From NCBI GenBank assembly GCA_964016885.1, contig OZ024741.1, positions 262,136,001-262,200,000 on the forward strand: 64,000 nucleotides of DNA, given 5' to 3'. Shown in pieces: positions 12,105 to 25,841 of this stretch (positions are counted from its first letter, which is position 1; the number at the start of each line of letters is the position of its first letter). The notes below the pieces were generated by a model, which saw only the letters and a list, made by a program, of their open reading frames with translations, was not told the DNA's origin and ran no database searches. Both the position numbers and the translations under genes were made by a program. The DNA comes from Eledone cirrhosa. Its lineage: Eukaryota.

Positions 12105-13409
12105 TGTTTCGCTTTACGAATGTTTCGACTTACGAGTGTTTCGGCTAACAAGTGTTTCGACTTACGAGTGTTTCGGCTTACGAGTGTTTTGACTTACGAG
12201 TGTTTTGACTTACATGTGTTTCGACTTACGCGTGTTTCGACTTACGAGTTTTTCGACTTGCGAGTGTTTCGACTACGGGTGATTCGACTTACGAATGTTT
12301 TGACTTACGGATGTTTTGACTTACGGGTGTTTCGGCTTACGAGTGTTTCGACTTACGAGTGTTCTTACTTACGAGTGTTCTGACTTAAGAGTGTTTCGGA
12401 TTACGAGTGCTTCGACTTACGAGTGTTTCGGCTTACGAGTGTTTCGACTTACGGGTGTTCTGACTACGAGTGTTCTGTCTTACGGGTGTTCTGACTTACG
12501 AGTGTTCCGACTTACGAGTGTTTCGGCTTATGAGTGTTTCGACTTACGAGTGTTTCCGCTTTCGAGTGTTTCGACTTACGAGTGTTTCGGGTTACGAGTG
12601 TTTCGACTTACGAATGTTTTCGCTTACGAGTGTTTCCGCTTACGAGTGTTTCGACTTACGAGTGTTTTGACTTACGGTTTTTCGGCTTGCGAGTGTTTCG
12701 ACATACGAGTGTTTTGGCTTACGGGCGTTTCGACTTACGGGTGTTGCGACTTACGAGTGTTTCGACTTACGAGTGTTCTGACTTAGGAGTGTTCTGACTT
12801 GCGAGTGTTCCGAATTACGAGTGTTTCGGCTTACGAGTGTTTCGACATACGAGTGTTTTGACTTACGGATGTTTCGACTTACGGGTGTTTCGATTTACGA
12901 GTGTTTCGACTTACGAGTGTTCTGACTACGAGTGTTCTGACTTACGGGTGCTCTGACTTACGAGTGTTTCGACTTACGAGTGTTTCGACTTACGAGTGTT
13001 TCGACTTACGAGTGTTTCGGCTTACGAGTGTTTCGACTTACGAGAGTTTTGACTTACGAATGTTTTGCCTTACGGGTGTTCCGGTTTACGAGTGTTTCGA
13101 CTTACGAGTATTCTGACTTACGAGTGTTCCGACTTACGGGTGTTTCGACTTACGAGTGTTTCGACTTACGAGTGTTCCGACCTACGAGGGTTTCGGCTTA
13201 AGGCTGTTCCTACTTACGAGTATTTTCGGCTTAAGAGTGTTTCGACTTACGAGTGTTTTGACTTACGGGTGTTTTGACATACGAGTGTTTCGATACGAGT
13301 GTTCTGACTTACGAGTGTTCTGACTTACGAGTGTTCTGACTTACGAGTGTTCCGACTTACGAGTGTTTCGGCTCACGAGTGTTTCGGCTTACGAGTGTTT
13401 CGACTTACG

Positions 13410-13478
13410 AAAATAACAAATAGACGCGGTTTCAAATCTCTATGCTTTTCAAGTTCATTACATTAATCTTTATTTATA
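13410..13478 (+). repeat. 68-bp element, copy 6 (CAAGTTC, TATATG)
   Basis: Direct match to the element. Confidence 0.95.
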
Positions 13479-14128
13479 TGTTTCGCTTTACGAATGTTTC
13501 GACTTACGAGTGTTTCGGCTTACAAGTGTTTCGACTTACGAGTGTTTCGGCTTACGAGTGTTTCGACTTACGAGTGTTCTGACTACGAGTGTTCTGACTT
13601 ACGGGTGTTCTGACTTACGAGTGTTTCAGCTTACGAGTGTTTCGGCTCACGAGTGTTTCGACTTACGAGTGTTTCGACTTACGAGTGTTTCGACTTGCGA
13701 GTGTTTCGACTTACGAGTGATTTTGCCATACGGGTGTTTCGGTTTACGAGTGTTTCGACTTACGAGTGTTCTGACTTACGAGTGTTCCGACCTACGAGCG
13801 TTTCGGCTTACGGGTGTTCCGACCTACGAGTGTTTCCACTTACGAGTGTTTTGACTTACGATTGTTTCGGCTTACGAGTGTTTCGACTTACGAGTGTTTC
13901 GACTTACGAGTGTTTTGACTTACGGTGTTTCGGCTTACGAGTGTTTCGACTTACGGGTGTTTTGACATACGAGTGTTTCGATACGAGTGTTCTGACTTAC
14001 GAGTGTTCTGACTTACGAGTGTTCTGACTTACGTGTGTTCTGACTTACGAATGTTCCCATTTACGAGTGTTTCGGCTTATGAGTGTTTCCACTTACGAAT
14101 GTTTTTGATTACGGGTGTTTCGACTTAC

Positions 14129-14139
14129 TTTTTTTTTTT
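14129..14139 (+). other. T11 homopolymer replacing 11 nt of the satellite in register
   Basis: GACTTAC-TTTTTTTTTTT-CTTACGAG appears where GACTTAC-GAGTGTTTCGA-CTTACGAG is expected. Confidence 0.85.
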
Positions 14140-16699
14140 CTTACGAGTGTTTCGGCTTACGAGTGATTCGACTTACGAGTGTTTTGACTTACGGGTGTTT
14201 TGACTTACGGGTGTTGTGAATTATGAGTATTCCGATTTACGAGTGTTTTGACTTACGGTGTTTCGGCTTACGAGTGATTCGACTTACGAATGTTTTGACT
14301 TACGGGTGTTTCGGCTTGCTAGTGTTTCGACTTACTAGTGTTTAGGCTTATGAGTGTTTCGACTTACTACTGTTTTTACTTACGAGTGTTTCGGCGTACG
14401 AGTGTTTTGACTTACGAGTGTTTCGACTTACGAGTGTTTTGAATTACGAATGTTTTGACTTACGGGTGTTTCGGCTTACGAGTGTTTCGACTTACGAGTG
14501 TTTCGGCTTGCGAGTGTTTCGACTTACTAATGTTTTAACTTACGAGTGTTTCGGCGTACGAGTGTTTCGACTTACGAGTGTTTCGACTTACGGGTGTCTT
14601 GACTTACGGGTGTTTCGGCTTACGAGTGTTTCGACTTACGAGTGTTTTGACTTAAGGGTGTTTCGACTTACGAGTGTTTCGACTTACGAGTGTTTCGACT
14701 TACGAGTGTTTCGATACGATTGTTTCGACTTGCGAGTGTTCTGACTTACGAGTGTTCTGATTTACGGATGTTTCGACATACGAGTATTTCGACTTACGAG
14801 TGTTTCGACTTACGAGTGTTTCGGCGTACGAGTGTTTTGACTTACGAGTGTTTCGAATTACGAGTGTTTTGACTTACGAATATTTTGACTTACGGGTGTT
14901 TCGGCTTACGAGTGTTTCGTCTTACGAGTGTTTCGGCTTGCGAGTGTTTCGACTTACTAATGTTTTTACTTACGAGTGTTTCGGCGTACGAGTGTTTCGA
15001 CTTACGAGTGTTTCGACTTACGGGTGTTTTGACTTACGGGTGTTTCGCCTTACGAGTGTTTCGACTTACGAGTGTTTTGACTTAAGGCTGTTTCGACTTA
15101 CGAGTGTTTCGACTTACGAGTGTTTCGACTTACGAGTGTTTCGGCTTACGAGTGTTTTGACTTGAGGGTGTTTCGACTTACGAGTGTTTCGACTTACGAG
15201 TGTTCTGACTTACGAGTGTTCTGATTTACGGATGTTTCGACATACGAGTGTTTCGAACTACGAGTGTTTCGACTTACGAGTGTTTTGACTTACGGGTGTT
15301 TTGACATACGAGTGTTTCGATACGAGTGTTCTGACTTACGAGTGTTCTGCCTTACGAGTGTTCTGACTTACAAGTGTTCCGACTTACGAGTGTTCCGACT
15401 TACGAGTGTTTCGGCTTACGAGTGTTTCGGCTTACGAGTGTTTCGACTTACGAGTTTTCCGACTTACGCGTGTTTCGACTTACGATTGTTTTGGCTTACG
15501 GTGTTTCGGCTTACGAGTGTTTCGAGTTACGAGTGTTTTGACTTACGCGTGTTTTGACATACGAATGTTTCGATACGAGTGTTCTGACTTACGAGTGTTC
15601 TGACTTACGAGTGTTTCGGCTTACAAGTGTTTCGGCTTACGAGTGTTTCGACTTACGAGTGTTTCGACTTACGAGTGTTCCGACTTACGGGTGGTTCGAC
15701 TTACGAGTGGTTTGGCTTACCGTGTTTCGGCTTACGAGTGTTTCGAGTTACGAGTGTTTTGACTTACGCGTGTTTTGACATACGAGTGTTTCGATACGAG
15801 TGTTCTGACTTACGAGTGTTCTGACATACGAGTGTTCTGACTTACGAGTGTTCCGACTTTACGAGTGTTTCGGCTCTGGAGTGTTTCGGCTTACGAGTGT
15901 TTCGACTTACGAATGTTTTTGCTTACGGGTGTTTCGACTTACGAATGTTTTTGCTTACGAGTGTTTCAGTTTACGAGTGTTTCGACTTACGAGTGTTCCG
16001 ACTTACGAGTGTTTCTGCTTACGAGTGTTTCCGGCTTACGAGTGTTTCGACTTACGAGTGTTTCGACTTACGAGTGTTTTGACTTACGGTGTTTCGGCTT
16101 ACGATTGATTCGACTTACGAGTGTTTTGACTTACGGGTGTTTTGACCTACGGGTGTTGTGAATTACCAGTGTTCCGATTTACGAGTGTTTTGAATTACGG
16201 TGTTTCGGCTTATGAGTGATTCGACTTAAGAATGTTTTGATTTACGGGTGTTTCGGCTTGCGAGTGTTTCGACTTACGAGTGTTTCTGCTTATGAGAGTT
16301 TCGACTTACTAATGTTTTTACTTACGAGTGTTTCGGCGTACGAGTGTTTTGACTTACGAGTGTTTCGCCTTACGAGTGTTTTGACTTACGAATGTTTTGA
16401 CTTACGGGTGTTTCGGCTTACGAGTGTTTCGACTTACCAGTGTTTCGGCTTGCGAGTGTTTCGACTTACTAATGTTTTTCCTTACGAGTGTTTAGGCGTA
16501 CGAGTGTTTCGACTTACGAGTGTTTCGACTTACGGGTGTTTTGACTTACGGGTGTTTCGGCTTACGAGTGTTTCGACTTACGAGTGTTTCGGCTTATGAG
16601 TGTTTCGACTTACGAGTGTTTTGACTTACGGGTGTTTTGACATACGAGTGTTTCGATACGAGTGTTCTGACTTACGAGTGTTCTGACTTACGAGTGTTC

Positions 16700-17800
16700 T
16701 GACTTACGAGTGTTCTGACTTACGAGTGTTCTGACTTACGGGTGTTCTGACTTACGGGTGTTCCGACTTACGAGTGTTTCGGCTATGAGTGTTTTGACTT
16801 ACGGGTGTTTCGACTTACGGGTGTTTCGACTTACGAGTGTTTCGACTTACGAGTGTTTCCGCTTACGAGTGTTTCGGCTTACGAGTGTTTCGACATACTA
16901 ATGTTTTTACTTACGAGTGTTTCGGTGTACGAGTGTTTCGACTTAAGGATGCTTCGACTTACGAGTGTTTCGACTTACAAGTGTTTCGACTTACGAGTGT
17001 TTCGAATTACGAGTGTTTTGGCTTACGAATATTTTCACTTACGGGTGTTTCGACTTACGGGTGTTTCGGCTTACGAGTGTTTCGACTTACGAGTGTTTTG
17101 ACTTACGAGTGTTCTGACTTACGAGTGTTCTGACTACGAGTGTTCTGACTTACGGGTGTTCTGACTTACGAGTGTTCCGACTTACGAGTGTTTCGGCTTA
17201 TGAAGGTTTCGACTTACGGGCGTTTCGACTTACGGGTGTTTCGACTTACGAGTGTTTTGACTTACGAGTGTTCTGACTTACGAGTGTTCTGTCTTACGAG
17301 TGTTCCGACTTACGACTGTTTCGACTTACGAGTGTTTTGACTTACGAGTGTTCCGACTTACGAGTGTTTCGGCTTACGGGTGTTTCGACGTACGAGTATT
17401 TTTGGCTTACGAGTGTTTCGCCTTACGAGTGTTTTGAATTACGATTGTTTCCGCTTACGAGTGTTTAGACTTACGAGTATTTCGACTTACGAGTGTTTTG
17501 ACTTACGGGTGTTTTGACATACGAGTGTTTCGATACGAGTGCTCTGACTTACGAGTGTTCTGACTTACGAGTGTTCTGACTTACGAGTGTTCTGACTTAC
17601 GGGTGTTCTGACTTACGTGTGTTCCTACTTACGAGTGTTTCGGCTATGGGTGTTTCGACTTACGAGTGTTTCGACTTACGAATGTTTTTGGCTTACGAGT
17701 GTTTCGGCTTACGAGTGTTTCGACTTACGAATGTTTTGGCTTACGGTGTTTCGGCTTACGAGTTATTCGACATACGAGTGTTTCGACTCACGGGTGTTTC
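16700..17800 (+). repeat. ~1.1-kb block repeated ~2.9 kb downstream (~19620-20700), with related copies near 2050, 8230, 25080 and 31075
   Basis: ORFs 16805->19724 (+2919) and 17617->20520 (+2903). Shared diagnostic monomers TTAAGGATGCTTC, TTTTCACTTACGGG and TTATGAAGGTTTC. Confidence 0.8.
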
Positions 17801-20800
17801 AACTGACGGGTGTTTCGACTTACGAGTGTTTCGACTTATGAGTGTTTCGACTTACGAGTGTTCCGACTTACGAGTGTTCTGACTTACGAGTGTTCCGACT
17901 TACGAGTGTTTCGGTTTACGAGTGTTTCGACATACGAGTGTTTTGACTTACGGGTGTTTCGACTTACGCGTGTTCCGACTTACGAGTGTTTCGACTTACG
18001 AGTGTTTCGACTTACGAGTGTTTCGGCTTACGAGTGTTTTGACTTACGAATGTTTTGACTTACGATTGTTTCGGCTTACGAGTGTTTCGACTTACGAGTG
18101 TTTCGGCTTATGAGTGTTTCGACTTACGGGTGTTTTGACTTACGAGTGTTTCGGCTTACGAGTGTTTCGGCTTATGAGTGTTTCGACTTACGGGTGTTTT
18201 GACTTACGGGTGTTTTGACATACGAGTGTTTCGATACGAGTGTTCTGACTTACGAGTGTTCTGACTTACGAGTGTTCTGACTTACGAGTGTTCTGACTTA
18301 CGGGTGTTCTGACTTACGAGTATTCCGACTTACGAGTGTTTCAGCTATGAGTGTTTTGCCTTACGGGTGTTTCGACTTACGGGTGTTTCGACTTACGAGT
18401 GTTTCGACTTACGAGTGTTTCGACTTACGAGTGTTCCGACTTACGAGTGTTTCGGCTTACGAGTGTTTCGGCTTACGAGTGTTTCGGCTTACGAGTGTTT
18501 CGGCTTACGAGTGTTTTGACTTACGAGTGTTCTGACTAGGAGTGTTCTGACTTACGGGTGTTCTGACTTACGAGTGTTCCGACTTACGAGTGTTTCGGCT
18601 TATGAGTGTTTCGACTTACGGGCGTTTCGACTTACGGGTGTTTCGACTTACGAGTGTTTTGATTTACGAGTGTTCTGACTTACGGGTGTTCTGACTTACG
18701 AGTGTTCCGACATACGAGTGTTTCGGCTTATGAGTGTTTCGACTTACGGGCGTTTCGACTTACGGGTGTTTCGACTTACGAGTGTTTTGACTTACGAGTG
18801 TTCTGACTTACGAGTGTTCTGACTTACGAGTGTTCCGACTTACGACTGTTTCGACTTACGAGTGTTTTGACTTACGAGTGTTCCGACTTACGAGTGTTTC
18901 GGCTTACGGGTGTTTCGACGTACGAGTATTTTTGGCTTACGAGTGTTTCGACTTAAGAGTGTTTTGAATTACGATTGTTTCGGCTTACGAGTGTTTCGAC
19001 TTACGAGTATTTCGACTTACGAATGTTTTGGCTTACGAGTGTTTCGGCTTACGAGTGTTTCGACTTACGAATGTTTTAGCTTACGAGTGTTTCGGCTTAC
19101 GGGCGTTTCGACTTACGAGTGTTTCGACTTACGAGTGTTTTGACTTACGGTGTTTCGGCTTACGAGTTATTCGACTTACGAGTGTTCTGACTTACGAGTG
19201 TTCTGACTTACGAGTGTTCCGACTTACGAGTGTTTCGGTTTACGAGTGTTTCGACATACGAGTGTTTTGACTTACGGGTGTTTCGACTTACGGGTGTTTC
19301 GACTTACGAGTGTTTCGGCTTACGAGTGTTTCGACTTACTAATGTTTTTACTTACGAGTGTTTCGGTGTACGAGTGTTTCGACTTAAGGATGTTTCGACT
19401 TACGAGTATTTCGACTTACGTGTGTTTCGGCTTACGTGAGTTTCGACTTAAGAGTGTTCTGATTTACGAGTGTTCTGACTTGCGGGTGTTCTGATTTACG
19501 AGTGTTCCGAATTACGAGTGTTTCGGCTTATGAGTGTTTCGACTTACGAGTGTTTCGGCTTACGAGTGTTTCGACTTACGGTGTTTCGGCTTACGAGTGT
19601 TTCGACATACGAGTGTTTTGACTTACGAGTGTTCTGACTTACGAGTGTTCTGACTTACGGGTGTTCTGACTTACGAGTGTTCCGACTTACGAGTGTTTCG
19701 GCTATGAGTGTTTTGACTTACGGGTGTTTCGACTTACGGGTGTTTCGACTTACGAGTGTTTCGACTTACGAGTGTTTCCGCTTACGAGTGTTTCGGCTTA
19801 CGAGTGTTTCGACATACTAATGTTTTTACTTACGAGTGTTTCGGTGTACGAGTGTTTCGACTTAAGGATGCTTCGACTTACGAGTGTTTCGACTTACGAG
19901 TGTTTCGACTTACGAGTGTTTCGAATTACGAGTGTTTTGCCTTACGAATATTTTCACTTACGGGTGTTTCGACTTACGGGTGTTTCGGCTTACGAGTGTT
20001 TCGACTTACGAGTGTTTTGACTTACGAGTGTTCTGACTTACGAGTGTTCTGACTACGAGTGTTCTGACTTACGAGTGTTCCGACTTACGAGTGTTTCGGC
20101 TTATGAAGGTTTCGACTTACGGGCGTTTCGACTTACGGGTGTTTCGACTTACGAGTGTTTTGACTTACGAGTGTTCTGACTTACGAGTGTTCTGTCTTAC
20201 GAGTGTTCCGACTTACGACTGTTTCGACTTACGAGTGTTTTGACTTACGAGTGTTCCGACTTACGAGTGTTTCGGCTTACGGGTGTTTCGACGTACGAGT
20301 ATTTTTGGCTTACGAGTGTTTCGCCTTACGAGTGTTTTGAATTACGATTGTTTCCGCTTACGAGTGTTTAGACTTACGAGTATTTCGACTTACGAGTGTT
20401 TTGACTTACGGGTGTTTTGACATACGAGTGTTTCGATACGAGTGCTCTGACTTACGAGTGTTCTGACTTACGAGTGTTCTGACTTACGAGTGTTCTGACT
20501 TACGGGTGTTCTGACTTACGTGTGTTCCTACTTACGAGTGTTTCGGCTATGGGTGTTTCGACTTACGAGTGTTTCGACTTACGAATGTTTTTGGCTTACG
20601 AGTGTTTCGGCTTACGAGTGTTTCGACTTACGAATGTTTTGGCCTACGGTGTTTCGGCTTACGAGTTATTCGACATACGAGTGTTTTGACTTACGGGTGT
20701 TTCGACTTACGCGTGTTTCGACTTACGAGTGTTTCGACTTACGAGTGTTTTGACTTACGAGTGTTTTGACTTACGAGTGTTCTGACTTACGAGTGTTCCG

Positions 20801-22107
20801 ACTTACGAGTGTTCTGCCTTACGAGTGTTCTGACTTACGAGTGTTTCGACTTACGAGTGTTTCGACTTACGAGTGTTCCGACTTACGGGTGTTTCGACTT
20901 ACGAGTGTTTTGGCTTACGGTGTTTCGACTTACGAGTGTTTTGACTTACGGTGTTTCGGCTTACGAGTGTTTCGACTTACGAGTGTTTTGACTTACGGGT
21001 GTTTTGACATACGAGTGTTTCGATACGAGTGTTCTGACTTACGAGTGTTCTGACTTACGAGTGTTTTGACTTACGAGTGTTCTGACTTACGAGTGTTCCG
21101 ACTTACGAGTGTTCCGACTTACGAGTGTTTCGGCTTACGAGTGATTCGACTTACGAGTGTTTTGACTTACGGGTGTTTTGACTTACGGGTGTTGTGAATT
21201 ACGAGTGTTCCTATTTACGAGTGTTTTGACTTACGGTGTTTCGGCTTACGAGTGATTCGACTTACGAATGTTTTGACTTACGGGTGTTTCGGCTTGCGAG
21301 TGTTTTGACTTACGTGTGTTTCGACTTACGAGTGTTTTGACTTACGAATGTTTTGACTTACGGGTGTTTCGACTTACTAATGTTTTTACTTACGAGTGTT
21401 TCGGCGTACGAGTGTTTCGACTTACGAGTGTTTCGACTTACGAGTGTTTCGGCTTACGAGTGTTTTGACTTAAGGATGTTTCGACTTACGAGTGTTCTGA
21501 CTTACGAGTGTTCTGATTTACGGATGTTTCGACACACGAGTGTTTCGACTTACGAGTGTTTCGACTTACGTGTGTTTTGAGTTACGGGTGTTTTGACATA
21601 CGAGTGTTTCGATACGAATGTTCTAACTTACGAGTGTTCTGACTTACGAGTGTTCTGACTTACGAGTGTTCTGACTTACGAGTGTTCTGACTTACGAGGG
21701 TTCCGACTTACGAGTGTTCCGACTTACGAGTGTTTTGGCTTACGGTGTTTCGGCTTACGAGTGTTTCGAGTTACGAGTGTTTTGACTTACGCGTGTTTTG
21801 ACATAAGAGTGTTTCGATACGAGTGTTCTGACTTACGAGTGTTCTGACTTACGAGTGTTCTGACTTACGAGTGTTCTGACTTACGAGTGTTCTGACTTAC
21901 GAGTGTTCTGACTTACGAGTGTTCCGACTTTACGAGTGTTTCGGCTCACGATTGTTTTGGCTTACGGTGTTTCGGCTTACGAGTGTTTCGAGTTACGAGT
22001 GTTTTGACTTACGCGTGTTTTGACATACGAGTGTTTCGATACGAGTGTTCTGACTTACGAGTGTTCTGACTTACGAGTGTTCTGACTTACGAGTGTTTCG
22101 ACTTACG

Positions 22108-22176
22108 AAAATAACAAATAGACGCGGTTTCAAATCTCTATGCTTTTCAAATTCATTACATTAATCTTTATTTATA
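22108..22176 (+). repeat. 68-bp element, copy 7 (CAAATTC)
   Basis: Direct match to the element. Confidence 0.95.
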
Positions 22177-23780
22177 CGTTTCGCTTTACGAGTGTTTCGA
22201 CTTACGAGTCTTTCGACATACGAGTGTTTCAGCTTACGAGTGTTTTGATTTACGAGTGTTTTGACTTACGGGTGTTTCGACTTACGCGTGTTTCGACTTA
22301 CGAGTGTTTCGACTTACGAGTGTTTCGACTTACGAGTGTTTCGGCTTACGAGTGTTTTGACTTACGAATGTTTTGACTTACGATTGTTTCGGCTTACGAG
22401 TGTTTCGACTTACGAGTGTTTCGGCTTATGAGTGTTTCGTCTTACGGGTGTTTTGACTTACGAGTGTTTCGGCTTACGAGTGTTTCGGCTTATGAGTGTT
22501 TCGACTTACGGGTGTTTTGACTTACGGGTGTTTTGACATACGAGTGTTTCGATACGAGTGTTCTGACTTACGAGTGTTCTGACTTACGAGTGTTCTGACT
22601 TACGGGTGTTCTGACTTACGAGTGTTCCGACTTACGAGTGTTTCGGCTATGAGTGTTTCGACTTACGGGTGTTTCGACTTACGAGTGTTTCGACTTACGA
22701 GTGTTTCGACTTACGAGTGTTTCGACTTACGACTGTTTTGGCTTATGAATGTTTTGACTTACGGGTGTTTCGACTTACGGGTGTTTCGGCTTACGAGTGT
22801 TTCGATTCGAGTGTTCTGACTTACGAGTGTTCTGACTTACGAGTGTTCTGACTTACGAGTGTTCCGACTTACGAGTGTTCCGACTTACGAGTGTTTCGGC
22901 TTACGAGTGTTTCGGCTTATGAGTGTTTCGACTTACGGGCGTTTCGACTTACGGGTGTTTCGACTTACGAGTGTTTTGACTTACGAGTGTTCTGACTTAC
23001 GAGTGCTCTGACTTACGAGTGTTCCGACTTACGACTGTTTCGACTTACGAGTGTTTTGACTTACGAGTGTTCCGACTTACGAGTGTTTCGGCTTACGGGT
23101 GTTTCGACGTACGAGTATTTTTGGCTTACGAGTGTTTCGACTTACGAGTGTTTTGAATTACGATTGTTTCGACTTACGAGTGTTTCGACTTACGAGTATT
23201 TCGACTTACGAGTGTTTCGGCTATGGGTGTTTCGACTTACGAGTGTTTCGACTTACGAATGTTTTGCATTACGGGTGTTCCGGTTTACGAGTGTTTCGAC
23301 TTACGAGTGTTCTGACTTACGAGTGTTCTGACTTACGAGTGTTCTGACTTACGAGTGTTCTGATTTATGAGGGTTCCGACTTACGAGTGTTCCGACTTAC
23401 GAGTGTTTTGGCTTACGGTGTTTCGGCTTATGAGTGTTTCGAGTTACGAGTGTTTTGACTTACGCGTGTTTTGACATACGAGTGTTTCGATACGAGTGTT
23501 CTGACTTACGAGTGTTCTGACTTACGAGTGTTCTGACTTACGAGTGTTCTGACTTACGAGTGTTCTGACTTACGAGTGTTCCGACTTTACGAGTGTTTCG
23601 GCTCACGATTGTTTTGGCTTACGGTGTTTCGGCTTACGAGTGTTTCGAGTTACGAGTGTTTTGACTTACGCGTGTTTTGACATACGAGTGTTTCGATACG
23701 AGTGTTCTGACTTACGAGTGTTCTGACTTACGAGTGTTCTGACTTACGAGTGTTCTGACTTACGAGTGTTTCGACTTACG

Positions 23781-23849
23781 AAAATAACAAATAGACGCGG
23801 TTTCAAATCTTTATGCTTTTCAAATTCATTACATTAATCTTTATTTATA
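23781..23849 (+). repeat. 68-bp element, copy 8 (CAAATTC, ATCTTTATG variant)
   Basis: Direct match to the element. Confidence 0.95.
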
Positions 23850-25772
23850 CGTTTCGCTTTACGAGTGTTTCGACTTACGAGTCTTTCGACATACGAGTGT
23901 TTCAGCTTACGAGTGTTTTGATTTACGAGTGTTTTGACTTACGGGTGTTTCGACTTACGCGTGTTTCGACTTACGAGTGTTTCCGGCTTACGAGTGTTTC
24001 GACTTACGAGTGTTTTGACTTACGAGTGTTTTGACTTACGAGTGTTCTGACTTACGAGTGTTTCGGCTTACGAGTGTTTCCGGCTTATGAGTGTTTCGAC
24101 TTACGAGTGTTTTGACTTACGGTGTTTCGGCTTACGAGTGATTCGACATACGAGTGTTTTGACTTACGGGTGTTTTGACTTACGGGTGTTGTGAATTACG
24201 AGTGTTCCGATTTACGAGTGTTTTGACTTACGGTGTTTCGGCTTACGAGTGATTCGACTTACGAATGTTTTGACTTACGGGTGTTTCGGCTTACGAGTGT
24301 TTCGACTTACGAGTGTTTCGGCTTGCGAGTGTTTCGACTTACTAATGTTTTTACTTACGAGTATTTCGGCGTACGAGTGTTTCGACTTACGAGTGTTTCG
24401 ACTTACGGGTGTTTTGACATACGGGTGTTTCGGCTTACGAGTGTTTCGACTTACGAGTGTTTTGACTTAAGGATGTTTCGACTTACGAGTGTTTCGACTT
24501 ACGAGTGTTTCGACTTACGATTGTTTCGGCTTACGAGTGTTTTGACTTAAGGATGTTTCGACTTACGAGTGTTTTGATACGAGTGTTTCGACTTACGAGT
24601 GTTCTGATTTACGGATGTTTCGACATACAAGTGTTTCGACTTACGAGTGTTTCGACTTACGAGTGTTTTGACTTACGGGTGTTTTGACATACGAGTGTTT
24701 CGACTTACGAGTGTTTCGACTTACGAGTGTTTTTACTTACGGGCGTTTTGACATACGAGTGTTCCGACTTACGAGTGTTTCGGCTTATGAGTGTTTCGAC
24801 TTACGAGTGCTTCGACTTACGAATGTTTCGGCTTACGGGTGTTTCGACTTACGAATGTTTTGCTTATGAGTGTTTCGGCTTACGAGTGTTTCGGCTTATG
24901 AGTGTTTCGACTTACGAGTGTTTTGACTTACGGGTGTTTTGACATACGAGTGTTTCGATACGAGTGTTCTGACTTACGAGTGTTCTGACTTACGAGTGTT
25001 CTGACTTACGAGTGTTCTGACTTACGAGTGTTCTGACTTACGGGTGTTCTGACTTACGAGTGTTCCGACTTACGAGTGTTTCGGCTATGAGTGTTTTGAC
25101 TTACGGGTGTTTCGACTTACGGGTGTTTTGACTTACGAGTGTTTCGACTTACGAGTGTTTCCGCTTACTAGTGTTTCTGCTTACGAGTGTTTCGACTTAC
25201 TAATGTTTTTACTTACGAGTGTTTCGGTGTACGAGTGTTTCGACTTAAGGATGCTTCGACTTACGAGTGTTTCGACTTACGAGTGTTTCGACTTACGAGT
25301 GTTTCGAATTACGAGTGTTTTGGCTTACGAATGTTTTCACTTACGGGTGTTTCGACTTACGGGTGTTTCGGCTCACGAGTGTTTCGACTTACGAGTGTTC
25401 TGACTACGAATGTTCTGACTTACGGGTGTTCTGACTTACGAGTGTTCTGACTTACGAGTGTTCCGACTTACGAGTGTTTCGGCTTACGAGTGTTTCGGCT
25501 TACGTGTGTTTCGGCTTACGAGTGTTTCGACTTACGAGTGTTCCGACTTACGAGTGTTTCGACTTACGAGTGTTTTGGCTTACGGTGTTTCGGCTTACGA
25601 ATGTTTTGACTTACGAGTGTTTTGACTTACGGGTGTTTTGAGATACGAGTGTTTCGATACGAGTGTTCTGACTTACGAGTGTTCTGACTTACGAGTGTTC
25701 TGACTTACGAGTGTTCCGACTTACGAGTGTTTCGGCTCAAGAGTGTTTCGGCTTACGAGTGTTTCGACTACG

Positions 25773-25841
25773 AAAATAACAAATAGACGCGGTTTCAAAT
25801 CTCTATGCTTTTCAAGTTCATTACATTAATCTTTATTTATA
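25773..25841 (+). repeat. 68-bp element, copy 9 (CAAGTTC, TATACG, preceded by GACTACG)
   Basis: Direct match to the element. Confidence 0.95.
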
